Shown here: positions 1-9,886 of the stretch, in pieces
How the letters are laid out: each line of letters begins with the position of its first letter
Position numbering within the stretch: position 1 is the stretch's first letter
Source: an uncultured Loktanella sp.
Lineage (GTDB): Bacteria; Pseudomonadota; Alphaproteobacteria; Rhodobacterales; Rhodobacteraceae
Reading direction: 5' to 3'
DNA: 46,079 nucleotides
Assembly: GCA_913061335.1 (NCBI GenBank)
Contig: CAJXTP010000001.1
Location: 1-46,079 of the forward strand
Translations under genes and position numbers: made by a program
Notes under the pieces: model-generated
The model's database searches: none
Seen by the model: the letters and a program-made list of their open reading frames with translations, nothing else
Told to the model about the DNA's origin: nothing

Positions 1-1563
1 ATAAACGTGGGTCCGGTCCACAGCCCGAGCCACAACCTTAAGGTCAGGGTATTGGTGGTGCAAATAGCGGGCCAATTCGGTGATTTGTTCTTTGCCATCA
101 ATGGCTATGACGAACAGTTTGGCATCAGCGACCCCTGCCGCATGCAACAGATCAGGGCGGGTAGCGTCACCGTAATAGGCATGCGCACCGAACCGCTTGA
201 GAAACTCCAATTGCGCGGAACTAAAGTCGATCACAGTTGGCGCATACCCTGCCCCGTTCAGAACCCGCGACACGAGGCCACCAACACGGCCGTGCCCCGC
301 GATGATGATCTTGCTGCCACCATCGGGCATCGCGTCGGCCTCGCGGGTTTCGCCCACAACAAAGCGCGGAACAATCACGCGGTCAAAGAAGATGAACAAT
401 GCAGGCGTCAGCAACATCGACAAAGCGACAACTAGCAGCAACTGGTCAGCCAACGCCGTTGGGATCACGCCATTTGCCACGGTGAACGACAACAAGACAA
501 AGCCAAACTCACCGGCCTGCGCTAGGCCGAGCGCAAACAGCCAACGGTCTGCGCCTTGCACTTTGAATACCACCGCAAGCACATACAAAACGCCAGCCTT
601 CAGCGCGATCAAACCCAAGGTCAGACCAACTATCGACGCGAGATTTGCGTTTAGCAGATCAAAGTTGATGCCTGCACCAACGGTCATGAAAAATAGTCCC
701 AGCAATAGCCCTTTAAACGGGTCAATATCACTTTCAAGCTCGTGGCGATATTCAGAGTTCGCAAGAACAACGCCCGCAAGGAACGTGCCCAGCGCAGGGG
801 ATAATCCCACCAGCGACATCAGCAAGGCAATCCCGATGACGATCATCAACGCAGTGGCGACGAACATCTCACGCAGGTTTGCCGCAGCAATGAACCGGAA
901 AATCGGGCCAGTCAGATAACTGCCAACAACGACCACAGCCGCAATCGCGCCCAATGTGACAAGTGCCACCTGCCAACCAACCAGACCGGCAACAAGGCTT
1001 ATGCCACCGTGATCATCGACTTCTCCGTGCGACATTGCCTCGATCAATTCCGGCAACGCCAGCAGCGGCACAAGGGCCAGCATCGGGATGACCGCAATAT
1101 CCTGGAACAACAGGACCGAAAAACTTGACTGCCCGCCGTCAGATTTCATTAGGCCCTTTTCATTTAAAGTCTGCAAAACGATGGCCGTGGATGACAATGC
1201 GAACACCAGACCGACAGCCAATGCGACTGTCCAAACCAGACCAAAGGCCATGCCAACCGCCATAACCACGAGCGTGGTAATGCCAACCTGCCCGCCGCCG
1301 AGACCCAATAGCTTGGCGCGCATGCTCCATAGCAGCTTTGGTTCCAGCTCAAGCCCCACAAGGAACAGCATCATGACAACGCCAAACTCGGCGAAATGCT
1401 GAATTGAAATTACGTCCACATGCAGCAACGCCAAAATCGGGCTGATGAGAATGCCTGCAATCAAATAGCCAAGCACAGATCCAAGTCCCAGTCGGGATGC
1501 AATCGGAACGGCGATGACGCCAGCAATCAAAAATACAAAAGCGAGCAGCAGAAAATCGGTCAT
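1..1563 (-). CDS. Glutathione-regulated K+ efflux / CPA2 antiporter (KefB/KefC family), 3' end runs off the window
   Basis: Not in the ORF track because it has no stop in the window. Manual translation from ATG 1563 gives MTDFLLLAFVFLIAGVIAVPIASRLGLGSVLGYLIAG (typical Kef N-terminus), later KTN motif IIAGHGRVG, and VVARAVDRTHVY at the left edge. Confidence 0.9.
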   Translation of the reverse strand, partial: MTDFLLLAFVFLIAGVIAVPIASRLGLGSVLGYLIAGILISPILALLHVDVISIQHFAEFGVVMMLFLVGLELEPKLLWSMRAKLLGLGGGQVGITTLVVMAVGMAFGLVWTVALAVGLVFALSSTAIVLQTLNEKGLMKSDGGQSSFSVLLFQDIAVIPMLALVPLLALPELIEAMSHGEVDDHGGISLVAGLVGWQVALVTLGAIAAVVVVGSYLTGPIFRFIAAANLREMFVATALMIVIGIALLMSLVGLSPALGTFLAGVVLANSEYRHELESDIDPFKGLLLGLFFMTVGAGINFDLLNANLASIVGLTLGLIALKAGVLYVLAVVFKVQGADRWLFALGLAQAGEFGFVLLSFTVANGVIPTALADQLLLVVALSMLLTPALFIFFDRVIVPRFVVGETREADAMPDGGSKIIIAGHGRVGGLVSRVLNGAGYAPTVIDFSSAQLEFLKRFGAHAYYGDATRPDLLHAAGVADAKLFVIAIDGKEQITELARYLHHQYPDLKVVARAVDRTHVY

Positions 1564-1656
1564 GTGGGAAAATCCATATATGTACAAATCCAAGTTAACG
1601 GATCGACGCGTTGAACACCATAAGGTCTATCGCGCCTTCCCACCTGCCTTATGAGG

Positions 1657-2586
1657 CTAAAAACTGATGATAAAATGGGCGCCCGACCCGTCAGTCAACG
1701 CAATACGCGCGCTCTGTGCTGCCAACATACGGCGCACAATTGGCAACCCCATGCCCGTTCCACCAGCCTCTCGGCGGGTCGTAAAGAACGGATCAAAAAT
1801 GCGATCCTGATTACCCAAACTAATCCCCGGCCCATCATCATAAAACAGAACACTGTCACCCAGATGAACCATCGCAACGCGACCCGCGCCATGCGCGCGC
1901 GCGTTGCTTGCAAGATGCCCAATCACCAACCGCATTGCGGCCGCGTTAATCGGAACAATCCCGTCAACGTCAACCGTGACACCTTGCGCAACGTCGGACA
2001 GCAAACAGGTTCCCGCCGGCATCGGATCTTGGGCCGCAGCAAGCGCGCGCTGTGCTGCGAGCAATGCAGCCATACGCGCGGACGCCTCAGACACGCGCGC
2101 AACCAATGCCGCCCGATCAGCTGCGGGCAGTTGTGGGTCAGATAACAGCTCTGCTGCGCCAGAAATCACGCTCAACGGCGATTTTAACTCGTGGGTTACG
2201 TGGTCTGCATAAGACCGCAGCACATCGGCGCGGCCTTGCAAAGTTTCGGCCATTTGAAACACGGCTCCTCCGAGTTGGGAAAATTCAGGTGTGCCAAAAT
2301 GATCGGGCGGTGCCACGGTGTCCGCACCCCGCGCAACAGAGCGCGCATATTCAGTCAACCGACGCACAGGCCGCAACACAAGACGCCAAAGCAGCACACC
2401 CAACACGGTCGTCGCAACCAACGCCATCCAACCGATCATCCAGCTTGTTTCAGCCCAGCCAAGCACGCCGCCAGCAATCCGGAAATACCCGACGCCAAGC
2501 AACGGCAAAAAGAACACCGCCGCGAGCGTGCCCCCTAAAACAAGGGACAGCGCGGGCCGCCATTTGGCGATTACGCGGCGCTGCAT
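1657..2586 (-). CDS. Sensor histidine kinase (CreC-like HisKA/HATPase; two TM helices plus HAMP)
   Basis: H-box YADHVTHELKSPL, N-box NARAH, G1 DDGPGI, F-box IFDPFFTT, G2 GGTGMGL; HAMP-like RPVRRLTEYA. Confidence 0.93.
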   Translation of the reverse strand: MQRRVIAKWRPALSLVLGGTLAAVFFLPLLGVGYFRIAGGVLGWAETSWMIGWMALVATTVLGVLLWRLVLRPVRRLTEYARSVARGADTVAPPDHFGTPEFSQLGGAVFQMAETLQGRADVLRSYADHVTHELKSPLSVISGAAELLSDPQLPAADRAALVARVSEASARMAALLAAQRALAAAQDPMPAGTCLLSDVAQGVTVDVDGIVPINAAAMRLVIGHLASNARAHGAGRVAMVHLGDSVLFYDDGPGISLGNQDRIFDPFFTTRREAGGTGMGLPIVRRMLAAQSARIALTDGSGAHFIISF

Positions 2587-3260
2587 TGGCCCATCCGAAC
2601 ACCAACGCCGTGCACCGTCTCAATCGCATCAGTACAGCCCGCATCCGACAGTTTGGCGCGCAAGTTCCGTAGGTGGCTGTCCATCGTACGATCGCTCACA
2701 TGGATATTGGTCCCGTAAACCGCATCCACCAGCGCAGGGCGCGGCATGACATTATCGGGGCGGCGCATCAGCTGAACGAGCAAATCCATTTCACGGCTGG
2801 TCAGCACAACATTGGCCTCGTGCACGTGGCAAGCATGGCGATCAGGATCGACCGTCAGCACGCCGCGGCGCAATGCAAATGTCGACGGCGCAGCCACCAC
2901 GGTGCGCTTCAGAATGGCCCGAATACGAGCAACGACTTCACGCGGTGAAAACGGCTTGGACACATAATCATCAGCCCCCATCTCAAGGCCTACGATCCGG
3001 TCAATTTCATCGCCTTGGGCGGTTAGAAATAGGATCGGAACAGCACTGGTCTTGCGGATTTCACGGCAAACCGCCAGCCCATCCAATTCAGGCATTCCAA
3101 TATCGAGTACGATCAGGTCCGGCTGCAAACGGCCCGCCATCTCAAGCGCTTTTTGGCCATCTGCAGCCATCGACACCGTGAACCCCGCCTGCTCACAAGC
3201 CATGCGCAGCACATCGCGAATACCTGCGTCATCGTCGGCAATTAGAATATGCTGGCTCAT
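2571..3260 (-). CDS. OmpR/CreB-family response regulator
   Basis: MSQHILIADDD...LIVLDIGMPELDG...GADDYVSKPF receiver domain plus winged helix (DRTMDSHLRNLRAKL, IETVHGVG). Start set at ATG 3260, overlapping the upstream gene's stop. Confidence 0.93.
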   Translation of the reverse strand: MSQHILIADDDAGIRDVLRMACEQAGFTVSMAADGQKALEMAGRLQPDLIVLDIGMPELDGLAVCREIRKTSAVPILFLTAQGDEIDRIVGLEMGADDYVSKPFSPREVVARIRAILKRTVVAAPSTFALRRGVLTVDPDRHACHVHEANVVLTSREMDLLVQLMRRPDNVMPRPALVDAVYGTNIHVSDRTMDSHLRNLRAKLSDAGCTDAIETVHGVGVRMGQCSAA

Positions 3261-4690
3261 GCGCCTGCCTCCGCTTGGGTCGCGGCAAGGGTATGGCGTA
3301 GACGCGCATTTCGGAACCCCCATTCGCGCAGATCGGACGGGGCCGTCAATTTCGGCGTCCGAAAATATCCATCACACATCGTATTATCGTGACGGGCAAT
3401 TACGACCGTGGCACCGCTGCCAAGCCCGCAAACATAATAGGCGTCCAACGGACCTTGGGTCAGTTGATGGTTGGCGACAAACCCAGTCACATTTGTCAGG
3501 CTACAGACGTAGACCGCAAGCGCCCCAACGCCAAAGGTGCGGCGCAGCATCCATCCAGCATCATGACGGCCTACGATCTGCAAGATCAGCACCACCAACC
3601 CAAGTGCGACGACAACCATCCAAACGAACGCGGCAAACCGCATCTGCGTCAGCCCGTAGACATCCACATACAGATCCAAACGCAGGATCGATGACATCAC
3701 CAGCAACAACGTCTGCGCAATCCATACCAGCAACAATCCACGCATGAACCGACCATCAAGCCAAGGCTGTGCGACCAATGCAAACGCCCCCGCCAAAAGC
3801 GCGGTCATCATCAACGGATAGGCACCGCGATGCGCATAATTGGCATAGGTCATCCCCTCTGGCAGGCGGACACCGCCCCACAGAAATCCAACATCCATGA
3901 CGGTCTGGACCGCGAACAGCACATTGAACACGACCAGCGCACGCATCACCGACCGGACATTGACCATCCCAACGCGGCGGACATCGGCCCGCGCGCGCGC
4001 TGGCAAGGCATGTAGCCGCATCACACCAATGCGCAGCAATGGCCATATGACCAGCGCGGCAATCGTCCATGCGATGATCCGCCCAAGGCTCGGGGCATTA
4101 TCGAAGCTAAAGCTTGAAAGAAACTCGGTCACAATCGGATTGGCCGCCACAAACAGCGCGGCAAAAATCGCACCTATGCCAACAGGTAAGGCCCAGTCGA
4201 TAAGGCTGGTCTTATTGGTCAAGTTCAGGCGCGTATTCCCAATATCCGTCAACGTCTGAACCACCCCTGCAAACGGCAGTCGCATCACGGCGGCTCCAAT
4301 CCGGTCACCCGTCAGTATGGCTGCAAAAACTGTCAGCCCCGTCCATGCAATGATGAATGACGTGAATTGCACAACATCTATTGCGGGGATCAAAGACACA
4401 AAAAGCACGGGCCATGCTGATAGCGCACGGGTCAGGCCAACGTCACCGCGCATGACCCAATGGGTCGCACCTGCAAGAATGCCGATCAGGAATACAAATC
4501 CCAAACCAGGCATTGTGCGCATCACCAATATGTCCGCACAGACGACAAGCAAGACCAGCAACCATATCGGACGCGGCTTTGGCTTGCCCGAACCACGCCC
4601 AACACCGCTCTGGGCATCTGCCGCCATCCACCACGCATCGCGCTGCAATCCGCGCGGCAGGCCGCGCACTGTCATTGGGGTCATTTTCAC
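3257..4690 (-). CDS. DUF4153/DUF4173-family polytopic membrane protein
   Basis: Many TM segments; family-typical motifs LFVAANPI, TYANYAHRGAYPL, RLDLYVDVYGLTQMR. Confidence 0.8.
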   Translation of the reverse strand: MKMTPMTVRGLPRGLQRDAWWMAADAQSGVGRGSGKPKPRPIWLLVLLVVCADILVMRTMPGLGFVFLIGILAGATHWVMRGDVGLTRALSAWPVLFVSLIPAIDVVQFTSFIIAWTGLTVFAAILTGDRIGAAVMRLPFAGVVQTLTDIGNTRLNLTNKTSLIDWALPVGIGAIFAALFVAANPIVTEFLSSFSFDNAPSLGRIIAWTIAALVIWPLLRIGVMRLHALPARARADVRRVGMVNVRSVMRALVVFNVLFAVQTVMDVGFLWGGVRLPEGMTYANYAHRGAYPLMMTALLAGAFALVAQPWLDGRFMRGLLLVWIAQTLLLVMSSILRLDLYVDVYGLTQMRFAAFVWMVVVALGLVVLILQIVGRHDAGWMLRRTFGVGALAVYVCSLTNVTGFVANHQLTQGPLDAYYVCGLGSGATVVIARHDNTMCDGYFRTPKLTAPSDLREWGFRNARLRHTLAATQAEAGA

Positions 4691-4743
4691 TGTCCTTACG
4701 TTTGTTGATTACCAACAGGTCTAAGGATCAGCCGTGCACAGGC

Positions 4744-4773
4744 TTTGCGGAGTTTGTGCAGTTTTTGCGCAGA
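4744..4773 (-). promoter_or_regulatory. Candidate response-regulator direct-repeat box (TGCGC-N6-TGCAC plus a third degenerate copy)
   Basis: Minus strand reads CTGCGCAAAAA CTGCACAAA CTCCGCAAA, about 55-80 nt upstream of the DUF4153-RR-HK operon; spacing matches the CreB cre-tag TTCAC-N6-TTCAC. Confidence 0.45.
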
Positions 4774-5466
4774 TTACTCGGCGGCGTTTTCTGTTGCTAC
4801 CTTGCGAATGTTGCGAATGTTTTCGCCGTAAGGGGCCGGATTGGCCACCGACCCACCACGAAACACAGCCGATCCAGCGACAAGCACATCAGCGCCAGCA
4901 GCCGCCACCAAAGGCGCAGTCGTGACGTCAACGCCGCCATCAATCTGGATATGCACCGGACGTTCACCGATCATGGCGCGCAAATCAGCAATCTTAAGCG
5001 ACATATCGATAAACTTTTGTCCGCCAAAACCGGGATTCACGGTCATCACGCAAACCAGATCAACCATATCAAGCAGTTCTTCGACCACCGACGCAGGTGT
5101 TCCTGGGTTCAACGCGACACCAGCCTTACACCCTAGATCACGGATGTTTTGCATGGTGCGGTGAATATGCGGACCAGCCTCGTAATGGGCCGTAATGAAA
5201 TCGGCGCCAGCATCCGCGAACCCTTGCAAATACGCATCAACAGGCGAGATCATCAGATGCACGTCCATGATGGTTTTGACATGTGGACGGATCGCCTTGC
5301 AGGTCTGCGCACCAAACGTGATCGCCGGCACAAAATGACCGTCCATGACATCGACGTGAATCCAGTCGGCACCTTGGGCTTCTACGGCTTCAATCTCGGC
5401 CCCGAAATTGGCAAAGTCGGCGGCCAGAATAGATGGCGCAATCTTAATGGAACGATCAAATGTCAT
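4774..5466 (-). CDS. rpe: Ribulose-phosphate 3-epimerase
   Basis: IAPSILAADF, HVDVMDGHFVP, DVHLMI, MTVNPGFGGQKF, IQIDGGV, LVAGSAVF. Start taken at MTFDRS (5466). Confidence 0.97.
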   Translation of the reverse strand: MTFDRSIKIAPSILAADFANFGAEIEAVEAQGADWIHVDVMDGHFVPAITFGAQTCKAIRPHVKTIMDVHLMISPVDAYLQGFADAGADFITAHYEAGPHIHRTMQNIRDLGCKAGVALNPGTPASVVEELLDMVDLVCVMTVNPGFGGQKFIDMSLKIADLRAMIGERPVHIQIDGGVDVTTAPLVAAAGADVLVAGSAVFRGGSVANPAPYGENIRNIRKVATENAAE

Positions 5467-5574
5467 GGCAATAGAATCCCCTTGGTGCGGCAGCGTTGCC
5501 CTCACTTAACCGCTTGAACCAGCGGCGTCCAACTTTTCCACCCGCATCGTGCAAACCTATGCTAATTTGATCCC

Positions 5575-6411
5575 ATGACAGATTTGGCCCTTAGATATCG
5601 TGACATACTAACAGGTGGTGCATCCGTGCATATCGCACGCGCACAAGTAACGCCTGCGCGACCCAAAGACTTGCATGGGCATGATTTCTTTGAGCTGTTT
5701 TGGGTGCAAAACGGACAAATCCGACATCATACGCCGGATGGCATTAAAACCCTGCCCGAAGGCAGCGTCGGCTTTATGCGCCCCGGTGACACCCACGGAT
5801 TGCAAGGGCGCGGCGATCATGCGTTGGTCGTGTCGCTCACACTGCACCCCAGCCTAATTGATGCACTTGGCAAAAGACACGCGGCGCTTCAAGGACAGTT
5901 TTTCTGGGCGGATGCACCAAAAGTCCTGCATCTTGATATGCAAGCGATGCTCGGGCTGAACCAAGCCGCATTGACGTTAGAGCGCAGCGCATTGGACCGC
6001 CTATCGACTGAAGCATTCCTGCTTCCGATCTGCGCTGGCCTGTCCAAACCACCGCAACCAGATGCGCCCGACTGGTTGTGTCATGCGATGGCTGCAGCCA
6101 AGTCGGCCATGGTATTCCGCCAAGGTGCAGCAGGTCTTGTGGCCGCAACGGGCCAAACCCACCCACATGTCAGTCGGACGATGAAGCAGGCAACCGGAAT
6201 TAGCCCATCCGCATATATCAACGATCTGCGCATGACCCATGCCGCGCGTCAACTGACGGGCACGTCTAATGCGCTCGCAGACATCGCCGCCGAGATTGGC
6301 GTTCCAAACCTATCGCATTTCCACAAAACATTCCTGTCACATCACAAAATGACGCCGCATCAATATCGACGCAAATTCCAACGTGACGTCATGCAACCGA
6401 TCAAAGATTGA
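5575..6411 (+). CDS. AraC-family transcriptional regulator with cupin sensor domain (ChbR-like)
   Basis: N-terminal LHGHDFFELFWV...PGDTHG cupin; C-terminal double HTH (YINDLRMTHAARQL, IAAEIGVPNLSHFHKTF...TPHQYR). Confidence 0.9.
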   Translation: MTDLALRYRDILTGGASVHIARAQVTPARPKDLHGHDFFELFWVQNGQIRHHTPDGIKTLPEGSVGFMRPGDTHGLQGRGDHALVVSLTLHPSLIDALGKRHAALQGQFFWADAPKVLHLDMQAMLGLNQAALTLERSALDRLSTEAFLLPICAGLSKPPQPDAPDWLCHAMAAAKSAMVFRQGAAGLVAATGQTHPHVSRTMKQATGISPSAYINDLRMTHAARQLTGTSNALADIAAEIGVPNLSHFHKTFLSHHKMTPHQYRRKFQRDVMQPIKD

Positions 6412-6466
6412 CCAAGTGGTCAAAATTTGGCATGACAGGTTGAAACGGCACCCAAAGGAGGCCAAG

Positions 6467-7459
6467 TTGCAAACAACTCAGACACCAACGATGACCGCGC
6501 AGCTGCCCCAAGTGCACGAGCCGCGCAATGATGGCACCGCGCTTGACCTTGATTGGGTTGCGTCCGTGCAGGCCAATACGTCGGCGATTGAACGGCGCGC
6601 TGCGTCACTTCCCGGACGACGGAGCGTCAAAAAAGACTATCAAGCCGCTTGGCTTTGCAAAGCCGTGAGCCTGATGGACCTGACCACCCTATCAGGTGAC
6701 GACAGCGAAGGACGCGTGCGGCGTCTATGCGCCAAAGCCCGCCAGCCAGTGTCGCAAGGTTTGCTCGAAGCGATCGGTATGGAAGGCCTGACAACTGGAG
6801 CCGTTTGCGTCTATCACGACATGGTCGAAACCGCCGTGGACGCGCTGCGCGGGACAAATATCCCTGTGGCCGCCGTTTCCACAGGCTTTCCGGCTGGGCT
6901 GTCCCCGTTCCACCTGCGCATCCAAGAAATCCGCGACAGTGTGGCCGCTGGCGCGCAAGAAATAGATATCGTCATCAGCCGCCGCCATGTGCTGACTGGA
7001 AACTGGCAAGCCCTGTATGATGAAATGTGTGAAATGCGCGCGGCCTGCGGCGATGCCCATGTCAAAGCGATCTTAGCGACGGGCGAGCTTGGCACGTTGC
7101 GCAACGTTGCCCGCGCCAGTCTTGTCTGCATGATGGCGGGCGCAGATTTCATCAAAACATCCACCGGCAAAGAGCCAGTGAATGCGACCCTGCCCGTCAC
7201 GCTCACGATGATCCGCGCGATTCGCGATTACCGCGACCGGACAGGCGTTAAGGTCGGCTACAAACCTGCGGGCGGAATTTCCAAGGCAAAGGATTCACTG
7301 GTATATCTGTCGATGATCAAAGACGAACTGGGCGATCGGTGGCTACAGCCGGATCTGTTCCGCTTTGGCGCGTCATCGTTACTCGGCGATATTGAGCGGC
7401 AGTTGGAACACCACGTTACGGGCAGTTATTCCGCCAACTGGCGTCACGCAATTGGATAG
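6467..7459 (+). CDS. deoC: Deoxyribose-phosphate aldolase (long, eukaryotic DERA-like type)
   Basis: DLTTLSGDD, VSTGFPAG, EIDIVI, ADFIKTSTGK, KPAGGI, FRFGASSLL. Likely TTG start at 6467 behind SD AAGGAGG (6455-6461). Confidence 0.95.
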   Translation: MQTTQTPTMTAQLPQVHEPRNDGTALDLDWVASVQANTSAIERRAASLPGRRSVKKDYQAAWLCKAVSLMDLTTLSGDDSEGRVRRLCAKARQPVSQGLLEAIGMEGLTTGAVCVYHDMVETAVDALRGTNIPVAAVSTGFPAGLSPFHLRIQEIRDSVAAGAQEIDIVISRRHVLTGNWQALYDEMCEMRAACGDAHVKAILATGELGTLRNVARASLVCMMAGADFIKTSTGKEPVNATLPVTLTMIRAIRDYRDRTGVKVGYKPAGGISKAKDSLVYLSMIKDELGDRWLQPDLFRFGASSLLGDIERQLEHHVTGSYSANWRHAIG

Positions 7460-7507
7460 GGTGATGCAAGTGAGTATTTTGAACAAAGCGAGACTGGAAG
7501 GTACATC

Positions 7508-9808
7508 ATGACCATCAAGGATATTTTTGAAACGATGGAATATGGTCCAGCACCTGAAAGCGCGTCCGAGGCACTTGCGTGGATTGCTGATCGTGGCGGC
7601 ATTGCAGGTCATTTTATTGGCGGCAAATGGGGCGCACTGCGCGATGATTTCGCAACGACCAATCCGGCAACTGGCGAAAAGCTGGCGGGTGTGACTAAAG
7701 GCACCGCTGGCGAGGTTGCGTTGGCGGTCAAAGCTGCCCGCAAGGCGCAAACCGCTTGGGCAAAAGATGCCCATGCGCGTGCGCGTGTCTTGTATGCAAT
7801 TGCCCGCTTGATGCAGAAACACTCCCGCCTTTTGGCGGTGATGGAAACGTTGGATAACGGCAAACCAATCCGCGAGGCTCGCGACATTGATGTGCCTCTC
7901 GCGATCCGGCATTTCTATTATCACGCGGGCATGGCCCAGCTGATGGACGACGAACTACCCGGCCGCGAAGCGCTTGGCGTGTGCGGCCAGATCATCCCTT
8001 GGAATTTTCCACTGCTGATGCTCGCATGGAAAATCGCGCCCGCGTTGGCGATGGGAAACACTGTCGTGCTGAAACCCGCTGAATTCACGCCGATGACAGC
8101 CATGGTATTTTGCGAAATCTGCACGCAAGCTGGCGTACCTGCTGGCGTTGTGAACATCGTGACCGGCGACGGCGAAACCGGCGCGGCCCTTGTGGGCGCC
8201 GACGTCGATAAAGTCGCGTTTACCGGCAGCACAGATGTTGGTCGCATTATTCGCAAACAGACGGCTGGATCGGGCAAGGCGCTGTCGTTAGAGCTGGGCG
8301 GGAAATCCCCGTATATCGTGTTTGACGACGCGGATATCGATAGCGCAGTTGAAGGGCTGGTTGACGCCATTTGGTTCAATCAGGGCCAAGTTTGCTGTGC
8401 AGGGTCCCGTTTGTTGGTTCAAGAAGGGATCGCAGACGGATTTTATGCAAAACTTAAGGCGCGCATGTCGGGCCTGCGTATCGGCAACCCGCTCGACAAA
8501 TGCATCGACGTCGGCGCCATCGTGGACCCAAGCCAGCGCGACATGATCGCCAAACTGGTCGCCGACAACACCGAAGGTGAGACATTTCAAACAACCGCCC
8601 CCGAAGGTTGCTACTATCCGCCAACATTGATCACGGGCCTGCACTCCGCGTCGCACTTGATGCAGACCGAAATCTTTGGACCAGTTCTTGTGGCAACAAC
8701 TTTCCGCACCCCAGCGGAGGCTGTGGAGATTGCGAACAACACGCGGTACGGCCTCGCGGCATCCGTCTGGTCAGAAAACATCAACCTCGCGCTTGATATC
8801 GCACCCAAACTGGTCGCGGGCATCGTCTGGATCAATGGCACCAATATGATGGACGCCGCGGCAGGCTTTGGCGGGGTCCGCGAAAGCGGCTTTGGGCGTG
8901 AAGGCGGCTGGGAAGGGCTGGCTGGCTACACCAAACCCAAAATATCAGCCAAGCCGCGCAAATCGGCAGAGCCGTACGCTGGTGCCGACACCCCAACAGA
9001 TCCACTGGATCGGACCGCAAAGCTTTATATTGGCGGCAAACAGACACGCCCCGATAGCGGATATTCAGACGCAGTTTACGGGCCTAAGGGCGCATTGCTT
9101 GGACACGTATCCACCGGCAGTCGCAAGGACATCCGCAACGCCGTCGAGGCAATGAACGGGGCTAGCAAATGGTCCAAGACCACCGGACACCTGCGCGCCC
9201 AAATCCTATACTTTCTTGCTGAAAACCTGTCTGTTCGGGCGGACGAATTTAGCAAACGGATAGGGGCGCTCACTGGGAAATCCGGAGCCAAAGAAGTCCA
9301 CGACAGCATCAAGGCGCTCTTTACCTATGCGGCGTGGGCCGACAAATACGACGGGCAAGCGCACGGCGTTCCCATTCGTGGTGTTGCACTCGCGATGAAG
9401 GAACCTGTCGGAAATATCGGCATCCTATGCGGTGACGCCCCCCTGCTGGACGTTGTCACGCCAATGGCTGCAGCGATCGCGATGGGCAACCGGACCACGC
9501 TGATCCCAAGCCACGCATTTCCACTTGCGGCGACAGATTTGATCCAATTGCTTGAAACCAGTGATGTTCCAGCCGGCGTCGTGAACATCGTGACCGGCAA
9601 TCCGTCAGAGCTTGGCAAAACGCTGAGCGATCATTTGGATGTGGATGCGGTTTGGAACTTGGGCTGCGTCAGCAACACCGCGATGATCGAGACCAATAGC
9701 GCGGGCAATCTCAAGCGGACATGGGCCCCGTCAGGGTCGCCGATCCCGCGTGACTATTTGATGTCCGCGACAGAGGTCAAAAACATCTGGATCCCATACG
9801 GCGAATAG
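7508..9808 (+). CDS. Aldehyde dehydrogenase, ALDH16-type (complete ALDH plus extra C-terminal Rossmann-like domain)
   Basis: IIPWNFP, FTGST, LELGGK (Glu), NQGQVCCAGS (catalytic Cys), EIFGPV, followed by a second degenerate ALDH half ending KNIWIPYGE. Confidence 0.9.
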   Translation: MTIKDIFETMEYGPAPESASEALAWIADRGGIAGHFIGGKWGALRDDFATTNPATGEKLAGVTKGTAGEVALAVKAARKAQTAWAKDAHARARVLYAIARLMQKHSRLLAVMETLDNGKPIREARDIDVPLAIRHFYYHAGMAQLMDDELPGREALGVCGQIIPWNFPLLMLAWKIAPALAMGNTVVLKPAEFTPMTAMVFCEICTQAGVPAGVVNIVTGDGETGAALVGADVDKVAFTGSTDVGRIIRKQTAGSGKALSLELGGKSPYIVFDDADIDSAVEGLVDAIWFNQGQVCCAGSRLLVQEGIADGFYAKLKARMSGLRIGNPLDKCIDVGAIVDPSQRDMIAKLVADNTEGETFQTTAPEGCYYPPTLITGLHSASHLMQTEIFGPVLVATTFRTPAEAVEIANNTRYGLAASVWSENINLALDIAPKLVAGIVWINGTNMMDAAAGFGGVRESGFGREGGWEGLAGYTKPKISAKPRKSAEPYAGADTPTDPLDRTAKLYIGGKQTRPDSGYSDAVYGPKGALLGHVSTGSRKDIRNAVEAMNGASKWSKTTGHLRAQILYFLAENLSVRADEFSKRIGALTGKSGAKEVHDSIKALFTYAAWADKYDGQAHGVPIRGVALAMKEPVGNIGILCGDAPLLDVVTPMAAAIAMGNRTTLIPSHAFPLAATDLIQLLETSDVPAGVVNIVTGNPSELGKTLSDHLDVDAVWNLGCVSNTAMIETNSAGNLKRTWAPSGSPIPRDYLMSATEVKNIWIPYGE

Positions 9809-9828
9809 CCGCCAACTATATATCGGTC

Positions 9829-9849
9829 GGGGGCCTCATGCGGGCCCCC
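9829..9849. terminator. GC-rich hairpin between the convergent ALDH16 and DUF1523 genes
   Basis: GGGGGCCT-catgc-GGGCCCCC stem; no clear U-tract. Confidence 0.4.
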
Positions 9850-9886
9850 AAGGCCAAATATATCGTGGGCGCAGCCCGCCTTTAGG

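Noticed and set aside
7-1402. Plus-strand ORFs 7-435, 197-919 and 1088-1402
   Set aside because: Antisense shadows of the Kef antiporter on the minus strand.
4802-4819. Tandem repeat TTGCGAATG x2
   Set aside because: Lies within rpe and just encodes N-I-R-N-I-R.
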